Assembly: GCA_007375995.1 (NCBI GenBank)
Contig: VMFK01000005.1
Span: forward strand, 1-33,748
DNA length: 33,748 nt
Reading direction: 5' to 3'
Source of the DNA: Parcubacteria group bacterium Gr01-1014_56
Lineage (GTDB): Bacteria > Patescibacteriota > Minisyncoccia > Phycocordibacterales > SBAW01
The notes beneath the pieces are model-generated. The model worked only from the letters and a program-made list of their open reading frames with translations, was not told the origin of the DNA and ran no database searches. Positions 26,018 through 33,748 of this stretch are shown here, piece by piece. The position numbers and the translations under genes are program-made. The number at the start of each line of letters is the position of its first letter. The stretch's first letter is position 1.

Positions 26018-26650
26018 CTAACGGGATTCCGTTCCTTTAATCTCAACAAGCGTACCTTTGCGCCCTGGGATTGCGCCCGCGATCACGAGCTCGTTTGTCT
26101 CTGGGATTATTTGGAGGATCGGGAGGTTGCGAACCGTCACGCGGTCAGAGCCCAAGCGGCCTGCCATGCGCATGCCCTTTGCAACGCGGCCACCCGCGCG
26201 CCCGCCCCCACCACCGATAGAACCTGGAGAACGCTCGGAGTGCTTTTGGCCGTGTGAGCGTGGGCCGCCGTGGAAACCGTGCCGCTTAACAACGCCTGCA
26301 AACCCTTTACCTTTTGAAATTGCTGAGACCTCTACCTTCTCCCCTACTGTAAATACTGAGAGGTCTACTATTGCGCCGACTTCAACATCGGGGACAGCGC
26401 CGTTTTTGAGACGAAGCTCTTTAAAATTTTTAAGTGCCTTACCTTTAGCGTGCCCGATCTGTGCGTTGTTGATGTGTTTTTCTTTACCCTCAAAGCTCCC
26501 TATCTGCACTGCGGAGTAACCCTCTTTCTCTTCCGTTTTTATCTGCGTAACAGTTGCTGGGGAAGTGTTGATGATAGTAGCGGCAAAAGCCCGACCGTCT
26601 TCGGTATATACAGTAAGCATTTTGCCCTTTGTTCCAAGGATGAATTTCAT
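26018..26650 (-). CDS. rplC: 50S ribosomal protein uL3
   Basis: GYSAVQIG, SKGKGFAGVVKRHGF.GGP.SHG, GMRMAGRLG. Confidence 0.98.
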   Translation of the reverse strand: MKFILGTKGKMLTVYTEDGRAFAATIINTSPATVTQIKTEEKEGYSAVQIGSFEGKEKHINNAQIGHAKGKALKNFKELRLKNGAVPDVEVGAIVDLSVFTVGEKVEVSAISKGKGFAGVVKRHGFHGGPRSHGQKHSERSPGSIGGGGGRAGGRVAKGMRMAGRLGSDRVTVRNLPILQIIPETNELVIAGAIPGRKGTLVEIKGTESR

Positions 26651-26780
26651 AACTTAGCGAAGTGAGAGAAAAGAATTTATTCTTTTCCGAGCGAGCGACA
26701 GTTATATCGGGGTATTCCCCGCTATGTTGTCTATTGGTCCCCGAGGGGACGTGGCCAACCCTATTTCGAGAGTCCCAAAG

Positions 26781-26809
26781 AATATACCCTAGAGTCGAAA
26801 ATTATGCAA
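26781..26809 (-). promoter_or_regulatory. rplC promoter
   Basis: TTGCAT-17-TATATT, ~130 nt upstream of the rplC ATG. Confidence 0.65.
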
Positions 26810-26813
26810 ACAC

Positions 26814-27212
26814 CTATTGCATTCGATGACGGAGATAATATCGCCAACCTGCATAGAGGAGTGTGAGGGCTAAAATTCCTACCGCCATAAAAGTAATAAA
26901 TTGTGTCGAGAATTCGGCAGTGTTAAGTAGCGTATAAGCAGCCCATACTCCAATCGCGGCAATAAGTACGTCGAGGAGTGAGTTTTGCCAATCTTCAACA
27001 ATACCGAGTAGCATTTCAAACCCTTCATACAAAGAAGTGAGCGCCACGGTAATGATAACTGTTGACCACAAAGAGAGCCCAAGCCACAGGCCTACTATGC
27101 CCAACAAGAGGCCGGTCAAAAGATGCACAATACTCCACGGGTCGAGATACCGGCCGTGGCCCCAAGTAAGTTTGATTGCCTGCTGTGCCTGACGCTCAAA
27201 ACGTAACTTCAT
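26814..27212 (-). CDS. Membrane protein (D.W...H / E..E / NS..D motifs)
   Basis: YLDPWSIVHLLTG, YEGFE, NSLLDV; four hydrophobic helices. Confidence 0.7.
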   Translation of the reverse strand: MKLRFERQAQQAIKLTWGHGRYLDPWSIVHLLTGLLLGIVGLWLGLSLWSTVIITVALTSLYEGFEMLLGIVEDWQNSLLDVLIAAIGVWAAYTLLNTAEFSTQFITFMAVGILALTLLYAGWRYYLRHRMQ

Positions 27213-27284
27213 TCCACAATCGTATCACCGAAAATCCCCCCATGAAGGGACTTTCATTACGATTATTTTTAGTACGATTCCAAG

Positions 27285-27318
27285 TATGAATAACTATGCT
27301 ATAGCTGAGTTGTTCATA
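27285..27318. repeat. 34-bp palindromic repeat, downstream copy
   Basis: TATGAATAACTATGCTATAGCTGAGTTGTTCATA; 31/34 identical to 27901-27934. Confidence 0.92.
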
Positions 27319-27320
27319 TA

Positions 27321-27890
27321 TCATTTCATTAGTCTAAATTTTTCTTTGAGAAAGTAGTCGCCTTCAATCTTATCTGCAATGATATACAAGAGATCTTTTC
27401 CAATACGAAAATCAATTTTTAGAAACGTAATGAGATCCTCGCAATCATATGGGTACACCCATACACTATCTTGTAAACGGCTAAAGCCCAGACTAATCAG
27501 TGTTACACGTAGTCGTTCGCGGATGCGTTTGTGTTTTTCAGGAATATCAAAAATAAGAATACGCCATTTACTATCCCATCGTTTTGGTTTTTTTAGAGCT
27601 AATCGCCCCTCGTTGAGTAGAGCTGCAAACTGTTCTCCTCGTAAAGTAAGACGTGCCTGGTTATTTTCGATTTTGATATATCCCTTTCCAATAAGTCTAG
27701 AAAAAGACTTTTTGATAGTTTGCCTCTTCTGACTTTGATTACGTCGGGCAAGATTTCCCATTGCTGCAAGTACATTCGGAGCGACAACCGCGACCGCAAG
27801 TGTACCTCCAATAGCAAGAGTACCAATAATGGCCTTATTGATTTTTGTGCGCCGTACGTGTGCGCGAACTTCTCGCTCCAATGTACCCAT
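27321..27890 (-). CDS. PaaX-like protein (winged helix plus Cas2-like ferredoxin-fold domain)
   Basis: RL..KGYI..RLT.RG winged-helix segment, then [14 protein letters not shown] and [17 protein letters not shown]. Confidence 0.85.
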   Translation of the reverse strand: MGTLEREVRAHVRRTKINKAIIGTLAIGGTLAVAVVAPNVLAAMGNLARRNQSQKRQTIKKSFSRLIGKGYIKIENNQARLTLRGEQFAALLNEGRLALKKPKRWDSKWRILIFDIPEKHKRIRERLRVTLISLGFSRLQDSVWVYPYDCEDLITFLKIDFRIGKDLLYIIADKIEGDYFLKEKFRLMK

Positions 27891-27900
27891 ATCTTCAAAA

Positions 27901-27934
27901 TATGAATAACTATGCTATAGCAGAATTATTCATA
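27901..27934. repeat. 34-bp palindromic repeat, upstream copy
   Basis: TATGAATAACTATGCTATAGCAGAATTATTCATA, 10 nt upstream of the ATG at 27890. Confidence 0.92.
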
Positions 27935-27979
27935 GTGCGGGTACTGTATACATATTCAAAAAATATGCAACTGATACGA

Positions 27980-28010
27980 AAAATCCCCTGGCTTTTCGGC
28001 CGGGGGTTTT
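27980..28010. terminator. Terminator after rpsJ
   Basis: AAAATCCCCTGGC-TTTTCG-GCCGGGGGTTTT. Confidence 0.7.
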
Positions 28011-28095
28011 CAAAAACGCCATTCTTTTTTATTTGTAAAAATGTCCTTGCTACAAGAAGCCATTCCTCTTTATCGGTGAAGATGACGCTGCTTCG

Positions 28096-28500
28096 CTACG
28101 CCATCTTCACGTCTATCGTGACACCTGAAGGTAAGGAGAGGTTGGTGAGTGCCTCGATGACCTTTGGAGAAGGGTCGAGGATGTCGATAACGCGCTTGTG
28201 GATCCGCATCTCAAACTGCTCGCGCGCATCTTTGTAGACGAACGTCGAGCGGTTAACGGTATATTTTTTGATCTCGGTTGGGAGCGGTATCGGGCCGGCA
28301 ACCTTAGCATCGTAGCGAAGCGCCGTGTCGAGTATCTGTTTTATCGACGCGTCGAGCACCTTGTGCTCGTAGGCTTTCACCTTGATGCGCAGCCGCTGGA
28401 CAGCAACTGGTGCAGCCGCCTTGCGCACACGCGGCGCACTCTTTGCGCCTGCGGGCTTTGCGGCTGCCTTCTTTTTTGTTTCTGTTGCTTCAGCTGGCAT
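28096..28500 (-). CDS. rpsJ: 30S ribosomal protein uS10 (Ala/Lys/Pro-rich N-terminal extension)
   Basis: [37 protein letters not shown]. Confidence 0.98.
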   Translation of the reverse strand: MPAEATETKKKAAAKPAGAKSAPRVRKAAAPVAVQRLRIKVKAYEHKVLDASIKQILDTALRYDAKVAGPIPLPTEIKKYTVNRSTFVYKDAREQFEMRIHKRVIDILDPSPKVIEALTNLSLPSGVTIDVKMA

Positions 28501-28538
28501 TTTGATTACTTTTTATTTGCAGACAATTAGTTGTCTGC

Positions 28539-29732
28539 TTACGCAGTTATTTTCGTTACAACACCTGCGCCCACAGTCTTGCCTCCCTCGCGAACTGCGA
28601 AGCGGGTCTTCTCCTCGAGCGCAACCGGCGCTACGAGTTTAACCTTAAAGGTCACCGTGTCGCCTGGCATAACCATCTCAGTTCCTGCTGCAAGCGTTAC
28701 CTCGCCTGTAACGTCTGTAGTGCGGACATAGAACTGCGGTTTGTAACCAGTGAAGAACGGTGTGTGACGACCGCCCTCGTCCTTGGTGAGGACATATACT
28801 TCTGCGTCAAATTCAGTGTGTGGAGTTACCGAGCCGGTCTTAGCAAGCACTTGGCCACGGTGTACGTCCTCTTTGCGCGTACCGCGAAGCAAGATACCTG
28901 CGTTGTCGCCTGCCAAACCTTGATCGAGTTGCTTATTGAACATCTCGATACCAGTGATAGTGGTTTTTGCTGTCGGGATAAGACCGACGATTTCGATTTC
29001 CTCGCCTACCTTAACTGAACCGCGCTCAATACGACCGGTAACGACAGTGCCGCGACCTTCGATCGAGAAGATGTCCTCAACTGGCATAAGAAATGGCTTG
29101 TCTGTCTCGCGAACTGGAGTCGGGAGGTAGGAGTCCATTGTGTTAACGAGCTCGAGTACCTTTTGTGACCACTCATTAGTGAGGTCATTGCTCTCAAGTG
29201 CCTTAAGCCCTGAGCCGCGGATTACCGGAGCGTCGGTGTAGCCGTGCTTTTTGAGGAGGTCCTTCACTTCCTCTTCGACGAGGTCAACGAGATCCTGATC
29301 GTCAACCATGTCTACTTTGTTAAGAAAGACGATAACCTTCGGTACGCCAACTTGTTTTGCAAGGAGAATGTGCTCGCGGGTCTGTGGCATCACGCCGTCG
29401 GTTGCTGCAACCACAAGTACTGCGCCGTCCATTTGAGCGGCTCCAGTGATCATGTTCTTGATGTAGTCGGCGTGGCCCGGAGCGTCGATGTGCGCATAGT
29501 GGCGGTTTGGTGTCTCGTACTCAGAGTGGTGGAGCGCAATCGTAATACCGCGCGCCTTTTCCTCAGGAGCGTTGTCGATACCATCTACCCCTTCAACACG
29601 AGCGCTGTAACCCTGGCCTTTTGCCATGTCGAGCGTGTGGAGGATCGATGCGGTGAGTGTCGTCTTGCCGTGGTCAACGTGGCCGATAGTGCCTACGTTC
29701 ATGTGCGGCTTAGACCTGTCAAAATTTGCCAT
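28539..29732 (-). CDS. tuf: Elongation factor Tu
   Basis: [40 protein letters not shown]; start MANF at 29732. Confidence 0.99.
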   Translation of the reverse strand: MANFDRSKPHMNVGTIGHVDHGKTTLTASILHTLDMAKGQGYSARVEGVDGIDNAPEEKARGITIALHHSEYETPNRHYAHIDAPGHADYIKNMITGAAQMDGAVLVVAATDGVMPQTREHILLAKQVGVPKVIVFLNKVDMVDDQDLVDLVEEEVKDLLKKHGYTDAPVIRGSGLKALESNDLTNEWSQKVLELVNTMDSYLPTPVRETDKPFLMPVEDIFSIEGRGTVVTGRIERGSVKVGEEIEIVGLIPTAKTTITGIEMFNKQLDQGLAGDNAGILLRGTRKEDVHRGQVLAKTGSVTPHTEFDAEVYVLTKDEGGRHTPFFTGYKPQFYVRTTDVTGEVTLAAGTEMVMPGDTVTFKVKLVAPVALEEKTRFAVREGGKTVGAGVVTKITA

Positions 29733-29863
29733 AAATAAAATACCTAACAATTAATAATTACTTTTATAAGCCCCGTTACACTACCTTTTTAGCATAGGAA
29801 AGCCCGCCCTATTGCATTAAGGCCATAGTAACAAACCGTACAAAAGATGCAACTTTTATTTTT

Positions 29864-30901
29864 TTAGAGCGAGAGGCCAAAGAGCGAGAGGTAGCCGTCC
29901 ATGACTGAGGCCATCCCCGAACCCATGAGCGAGAAGATCCGCCCGAGGTCGATGATAGTCGGCACAATAACCACCTTTTGTGTTGCGGCAGGAGTCGTAG
30001 AGCCCACTTCGACAGTTGTTGTGCAGGCACTTTGCGTGCCAGTCGCGTTATAGACGAGCTTGAGGTAGGTTGTTGTCTCTGTCGGCGTCAGGGTGATCGA
30101 ACCGTTAGGCTCGCCCTTCTCCCCGCTCATCGTGCTTGCCCACGTTGCTCCTTTGCTCTCCCACTTGAGCGTAACGCTCTCGCCCAGAGCAATGTGCTGC
30201 TTGCTTGCCATAAGTGTGCACACTGGTTTATTAGACGGGTTATAAGTATCTTTTGGTCGTGTTGATGATGCATTGGGGCCGAGATCGAGAGCGCCTTTGC
30301 AACGAGCCATCAATATTTGACGAGTTTTTGGGCCCAGCGCGCCGAACCCGGTGGTTGACGGGTCGCCGCCGGAGGCAACCCCCTCGCGTGCTTGCAATCG
30401 CTTGAGAGCCATCTCGGTTTTCTCGCCGAAGTAGCCGGTCGAGGTTGCGTGGTCAAAGTCGCCAGTTTGTTTGAGATGCTCTTGGAGGCGCTTTACTTCT
30501 TCGCCTTGATCGCCCCTGTTTAAATTGCGCATTAACTGGCCACACGCCGAAGCGCCAGGAAATTGAGGCTTTTCAAACCCCCCGCTACCACCACTATTAG
30601 TATCCTGCTGGGGCTTACGAGGAGCGCCTGCCTCGGTAGTACGGTTTTTCACAGTGGCGGACTCTACCACAACAACTCCTTGCAGTTGTGCTTCAATAGC
30701 GCCGACAGTCTCGCTGTCAACATTAAAAGATTTGAGTAAGCCTGTTACCGCATGTATTTGAGAGTCAGTTAAGGCCGCTGCATGAGCGGGGGCAGGCATA
30801 ACGGCATACACTAGTAAAAGAGCAAACACGACCGCAAACATACGTAGGGTCATAAAAATTTTTGTAGGGAGCGTGCGAGCTGCTGTGTTTTGCGCTGACA
30901 T
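29864..30901 (-). CDS. Secreted peptidoglycan-binding-domain protein
   Basis: Signal peptide ending AHA; LTDSQI.AV.GLLKSF domain; L.RGDQGEEVKRLQ..L, TGYFG.KT..A, G..GPKTR PG-binding motifs; Ig/PKD-like C-terminal part. Confidence 0.8.
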   Translation of the reverse strand: MSAQNTAARTLPTKIFMTLRMFAVVFALLLVYAVMPAPAHAAALTDSQIHAVTGLLKSFNVDSETVGAIEAQLQGVVVVESATVKNRTTEAGAPRKPQQDTNSGGSGGFEKPQFPGASACGQLMRNLNRGDQGEEVKRLQEHLKQTGDFDHATSTGYFGEKTEMALKRLQAREGVASGGDPSTTGFGALGPKTRQILMARCKGALDLGPNASSTRPKDTYNPSNKPVCTLMASKQHIALGESVTLKWESKGATWASTMSGEKGEPNGSITLTPTETTTYLKLVYNATGTQSACTTTVEVGSTTPAATQKVVIVPTIIDLGRIFSLMGSGMASVMDGYLSLFGLSL

Positions 30902-30932
30902 GATAGTTACAAATAATTTAATAAACGAGAGA

Positions 30933-30958
30933 GGACACCGAGCTTTCGCTCGGTGCCC
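30933..30958 (-). promoter_or_regulatory. Stable GAAA-tetraloop hairpin in 5' UTR
   Basis: GGGCACCGAGC-GAAA-GCTCGGTGTCC downstream of TTGCCT-16-TAGATT. Confidence 0.55.
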
Positions 30959-31069
30959 TGTTACCCTCAAATCTATCACTCCCCCTACCCTAGGCAAGGG
31001 GCTGGTGTGGATATCTCCCCGTGGCTCTAATTAACCTTCTGAATATACTACTCCTGTCACTTAATACTC

Positions 31070-31759
31070 CTACTTATCGAAGACAAAATAATATAAGACT
31101 GTTGGAGGTATGCCGGTGCGAACCACCATATTATTACCTGCATCAAGGCGCGCACAGACCACAGCAATACCACTGTTCAACAAGCATTGCTCGGTTGTGG
31201 TGAGATCAAATGAAGCATATCGAATTGATGCGCTTAAGTACGCTTTCCATATCCCTCCCTGCTTCACAATAAAACCGCCAGTCTGCGCCATATCGCCAGC
31301 AGAAAACGGACCAAAGAACTGTACAATGAGTGAATCGGAAGTAAGAGTGATCGTCTGCGTTGTGCCTGCTGGTATGCCACCACTGGTGCTAATCGAGCCA
31401 CCGCTCCCCCCGCTGCTCCCCCCAACACCCGCCCAACTACCACCAGAGTTCTTGTACTCCACTGTGCCGCTGTTGTTGCGCAGGCCGTAGCCGGAGCTTC
31501 CAGCAACAGTGCCGAAGTTGAGGTAGTTAGTAGTACCCGAGAGGATGAGGTCACCAAAGACGGCGAGGGCATTCACTCCTAGTATGCCGTTCTTTGTCTG
31601 CGACGTAGTTCCCTCGTTGATAGGGGCAGCAACGTTGTTGTTGGGTGGGTTTGCTGGAGGTGATGTCCAGGCATGGAGGTAATTGACGGAGAGGGCAAAG
31701 GCAAAAGCCACTGTGAGTACCAAAAACTGTGTGAGAGTGCGTTTGGTGGTGGTCGTCAT
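31070..31759 (-). CDS. Secreted fibre/adhesin-like protein, paralog 3
   Basis: Shared N-terminus AWTSPPANPPNNNVAAPINEG...; unique C-terminus. Confidence 0.75.
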   Translation of the reverse strand: MTTTTKRTLTQFLVLTVAFAFALSVNYLHAWTSPPANPPNNNVAAPINEGTTSQTKNGILGVNALAVFGDLILSGTTNYLNFGTVAGSSGYGLRNNSGTVEYKNSGGSWAGVGGSSGGSGGSISTSGGIPAGTTQTITLTSDSLIVQFFGPFSAGDMAQTGGFIVKQGGIWKAYLSASIRYASFDLTTTEQCLLNSGIAVVCARLDAGNNMVVRTGIPPTVLYYFVFDK

Positions 31760-32358
31760 GGATAATTTACGAAAAGATTTAGGGGGATGCAGGATGCGCT
31801 AACAGAATATACTCCTCCGTTTTTTGTTACGTACTGACTAGAGCATTGGCTCCTAGGTGTAAGATTACCGTCGCAAGAAGAAGAAGTAAGCGTATCGTAT
31901 CCTGGGCTTCTGGGAGGAGTAGCACCAGAACATACATATACTTGCTGGCTTCCTATTCTCACTGTACCTGCAGTTAGAGTATTGGTTACCTCAAGTGAAG
32001 ATACTGTGCTTGGGAAAGACGCAGACGATGCACCCCACGAGCCACCACTGTTCTTGTACTCTAGCGTGCCGCTGTTGTTGCGGATGCCATAGCCAGCACT
32101 GCCTGCAACAGTCCCAAAGTTTAAGTAGTTGGTGCTGCCCGAGAGGATAAGGTCGCCAAAGACGGCAAGTGCGTTGACTCCCAAGATGCCGTTCTTGGTT
32201 TGTGAAGTGGTGCCTTCGTTGATAGGGGCAGCAACGTTGTTGTTGGGTGGGTTTGCGGGAGGAGAGGTCCAGGCATGGAGGTAGTTGACAGAGAGAGCAA
32301 ACGCAAAAGCCACTGTGAGTATTAAGAACTGGGCGGTTAGTCTTTTGGTGGTGGTCAT
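31756..32358 (-). CDS. Secreted fibre/adhesin-like protein, paralog 2
   Basis: Same N-terminus; 4-Cys C-terminal domain. Confidence 0.75.
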   Translation of the reverse strand: MTTTKRLTAQFLILTVAFAFALSVNYLHAWTSPPANPPNNNVAAPINEGTTSQTKNGILGVNALAVFGDLILSGSTNYLNFGTVAGSAGYGIRNNSGTLEYKNSGGSWGASSASFPSTVSSLEVTNTLTAGTVRIGSQQVYVCSGATPPRSPGYDTLTSSSCDGNLTPRSQCSSQYVTKNGGVYSVSASCIPLNLFVNYP

Positions 32359-32360
32359 GG

Positions 32361-32948
32361 TTAATTTATATAGAGATTTACTGCGGTGCAGGGAGAATTA
32401 GTGCGAACTATTCTCACATTTCCTTGATTGCTGTTGAAGGTCTCTTCGGAATCATACGAACAACTGCTCATAGTAGTAAGCTGGCCAGCGCAAGAAGAGC
32501 CCGAGCCGACGGTTGAGGGATTATTAGGGCACAAATATACTTGTCTGCTTCCTACCTTTACTGCGCCGGCGGTGACGGTCCCAGTAAACGTCACATCCCC
32601 ACTCCCACTCCCTCCAACCCCTGCCCACGCCCCACCAGAGTTCTTAAACTCAATGGTGCCGCTGTTGTTACGGATCCCGTAGCCGGAGCTACCTGCAACC
32701 GTGCCAAAGTTTAAGTAGTTGGTAGTACCTGAGAGGATGAGGTCGCCAAAAACGGCAAGTGCATTCACTCCTAGTATGCCGTTCTTGGTTTGTGAGGTAG
32801 TGCCTTCATTGATAGGTGCGGCAACGTTACTGTTGGGTGGGTTTGCTGGGGGAGAAGTCCAGGCGTGGAGGTAGTTGACGGAGAGGGCAAGCACAAAGGC
32901 TACCGTGAGTACGAGAAACTGTGCGGTTAGGCGTTTGGTGGTGGTCAT
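32361..32948 (-). CDS. Secreted fibre/adhesin-like protein, paralog 1
   Basis: Same N-terminus; 4-Cys C-terminal domain related to paralog 2. Confidence 0.75.
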   Translation of the reverse strand: MTTTKRLTAQFLVLTVAFVLALSVNYLHAWTSPPANPPNSNVAAPINEGTTSQTKNGILGVNALAVFGDLILSGTTNYLNFGTVAGSSGYGIRNNSGTIEFKNSGGAWAGVGGSGSGDVTFTGTVTAGAVKVGSRQVYLCPNNPSTVGSGSSCAGQLTTMSSCSYDSEETFNSNQGNVRIVRTNSPCTAVNLYIN

Positions 32949-32957
32949 ATATATAAA

Positions 32958-33748
32958 TTATATCTCTTGAAAGACTGGGATCAGACTAACCGTTACCGTA
33001 TCTATAAATGTTGAGGCGTCGTTACCGATGCAGGTGAGTGTATAAACAGTTTTCTGCTGGATAGCAGAGGTGACAACGCCTGTTGTTTGCGAGGTAGCGT
33101 TCCACGAGGCCCCCGCACCTGAGCCACCCTCGCCGTTGCTACCCGAGACCGTACATGAAGCTACGTCTGCTATGTTCCAGTAGAGAGTGGTGGTAGTCCC
33201 CTTTCGTATAGTAGCGGTTTTTTTGCCGGGGCAAGCGACACCAACACTAAAGCACCCGCTCGGTGGAGGAGCGGTAATGCAGGCACCTGTCGTATCGGTA
33301 CAGAGATATGGTGCGCATTGGGTGGTGATTAAGTTGCACGCACTGTTGGTGTAGCTGCTCGACTGGTGGTCGACCGAGCATACGGGGGCGGTCGAGGTGC
33401 AAGAGCTGCTATTGCTGTTAAAATTTATCCAGCCGACGACGTCGCTCCCCCACGCGTAGGAAGAAGCGCCCCCTAACATAGAGACGGCATACCCAGTGCC
33501 CGCGAGCGAAATCCACCCGTCCCAGCCGTCAGTTCTGGTGGCTCCGGTGCAGTCGCCGTTTACAGTTCCCGAACACGCCCTGGCCCATCCCGATACTTGC
33601 CCGCTTGTTAAGTTAAGCCGCGCCTCACACGTCCCGGACGGACATCCCGCAAGTTGAGAATTGTTAAAACTAACCCAACCGATATTTTCCGACCATGTCC
33701 AACCAAATATATCTTGAGTACTTACGGCAGATGCCTCTTGATGAGAAA
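32958..33748 (-). CDS. 5'-partial Cys/Trp-rich surface protein with GW.WS..GW..F repeats
   Basis: Frame is open to the window edge: IFGWTWSENIGWVSF, SGWARAC, GWDGWISL, YAWGSDVVGWINF; C-terminal PKD/Ig-like domain ending PVFQEI. Confidence 0.75.
   Translation of the reverse strand, partial: SHQEASAVSTQDIFGWTWSENIGWVSFNNSQLAGCPSGTCEARLNLTSGQVSGWARACSGTVNGDCTGATRTDGWDGWISLAGTGYAVSMLGGASSYAWGSDVVGWINFNSNSSSCTSTAPVCSVDHQSSSYTNSACNLITTQCAPYLCTDTTGACITAPPPSGCFSVGVACPGKKTATIRKGTTTTLYWNIADVASCTVSGSNGEGGSGAGASWNATSQTTGVVTSAIQQKTVYTLTCIGNDASTFIDTVTVSLIPVFQEI

Noticed and set aside
27285..27934. CRISPR-Cas locus (Cas2-like gene with palindromic repeats)
   Set aside because: Only two repeats, separated by a whole gene (582 bp); no spacer array, cas1 or effector genes.
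14564..29738. Numerous plus-strand ORFs across the ribosomal cluster (e.g. 17826-18392, 25628-26257, 29244-29738)
   Set aside because: Antisense shadows of conserved genes, with no recognisable motifs.
31070..32948. Diversity-generating retroelement or shufflon
   Set aside because: No reverse transcriptase, template repeat or invertase in the window; all three copies are complete and co-oriented.
1..33748. Genetic code 25 (TGA = Gly)
   Set aside because: adk and other genes end at TGA at expected lengths, and conserved ORFs are intact in code 11.

Overview
Window from a Candidate Phyla Radiation (Patescibacteria, probably Parcubacteria) genome, read in code 11 with TGA as stop. The assignment rests on the missing rpmD (uL30), CPR-type surface proteins and a PaaX/Cas2-like gene. 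Left (1-10.0 kb): accessory region with two secreted proteins sharing a duplicated N-terminal domain (one PxKF-type, one lipase/LCAT-like), an AbiJ/HEPN-like gene and a minus-strand run of small enzymes (HIT, cupin, two NUDIX, two alpha/beta hydrolases, RlmB-like, ASCH). Centre (10.1-29.7 kb): infC-rpmI-rplT, a LOG-family gene, a beta-CASP nuclease, a compact 6S-like RNA, ndk, then the tuf-S10-spc-secY-adk-map cluster, interrupted by three inserted genes. Right (29.8-33.7 kb): surface proteins, including three tandem paralogs with constant N-termini and variable C-termini. Strongest observations: (1) the PaaX/Cas2-like gene is bracketed by two near-identical 34-bp palindromes; (2) a 16S helix-21 (S8-binding site) mimic precedes rpsN-rpsH behind an internal promoter; (3) an in-frame uL14::uL24 fusion lacks the uL14 C-terminus and may be an assembly artefact; (4) a 61-bp promoter plus tRNA-3'-end-like repeat occurs twice in the accessory region; (5) two families of short REP-like elements; (6) widespread leaderless-type gene starts. 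All calls are by eye from sequence motifs; no searches were run.
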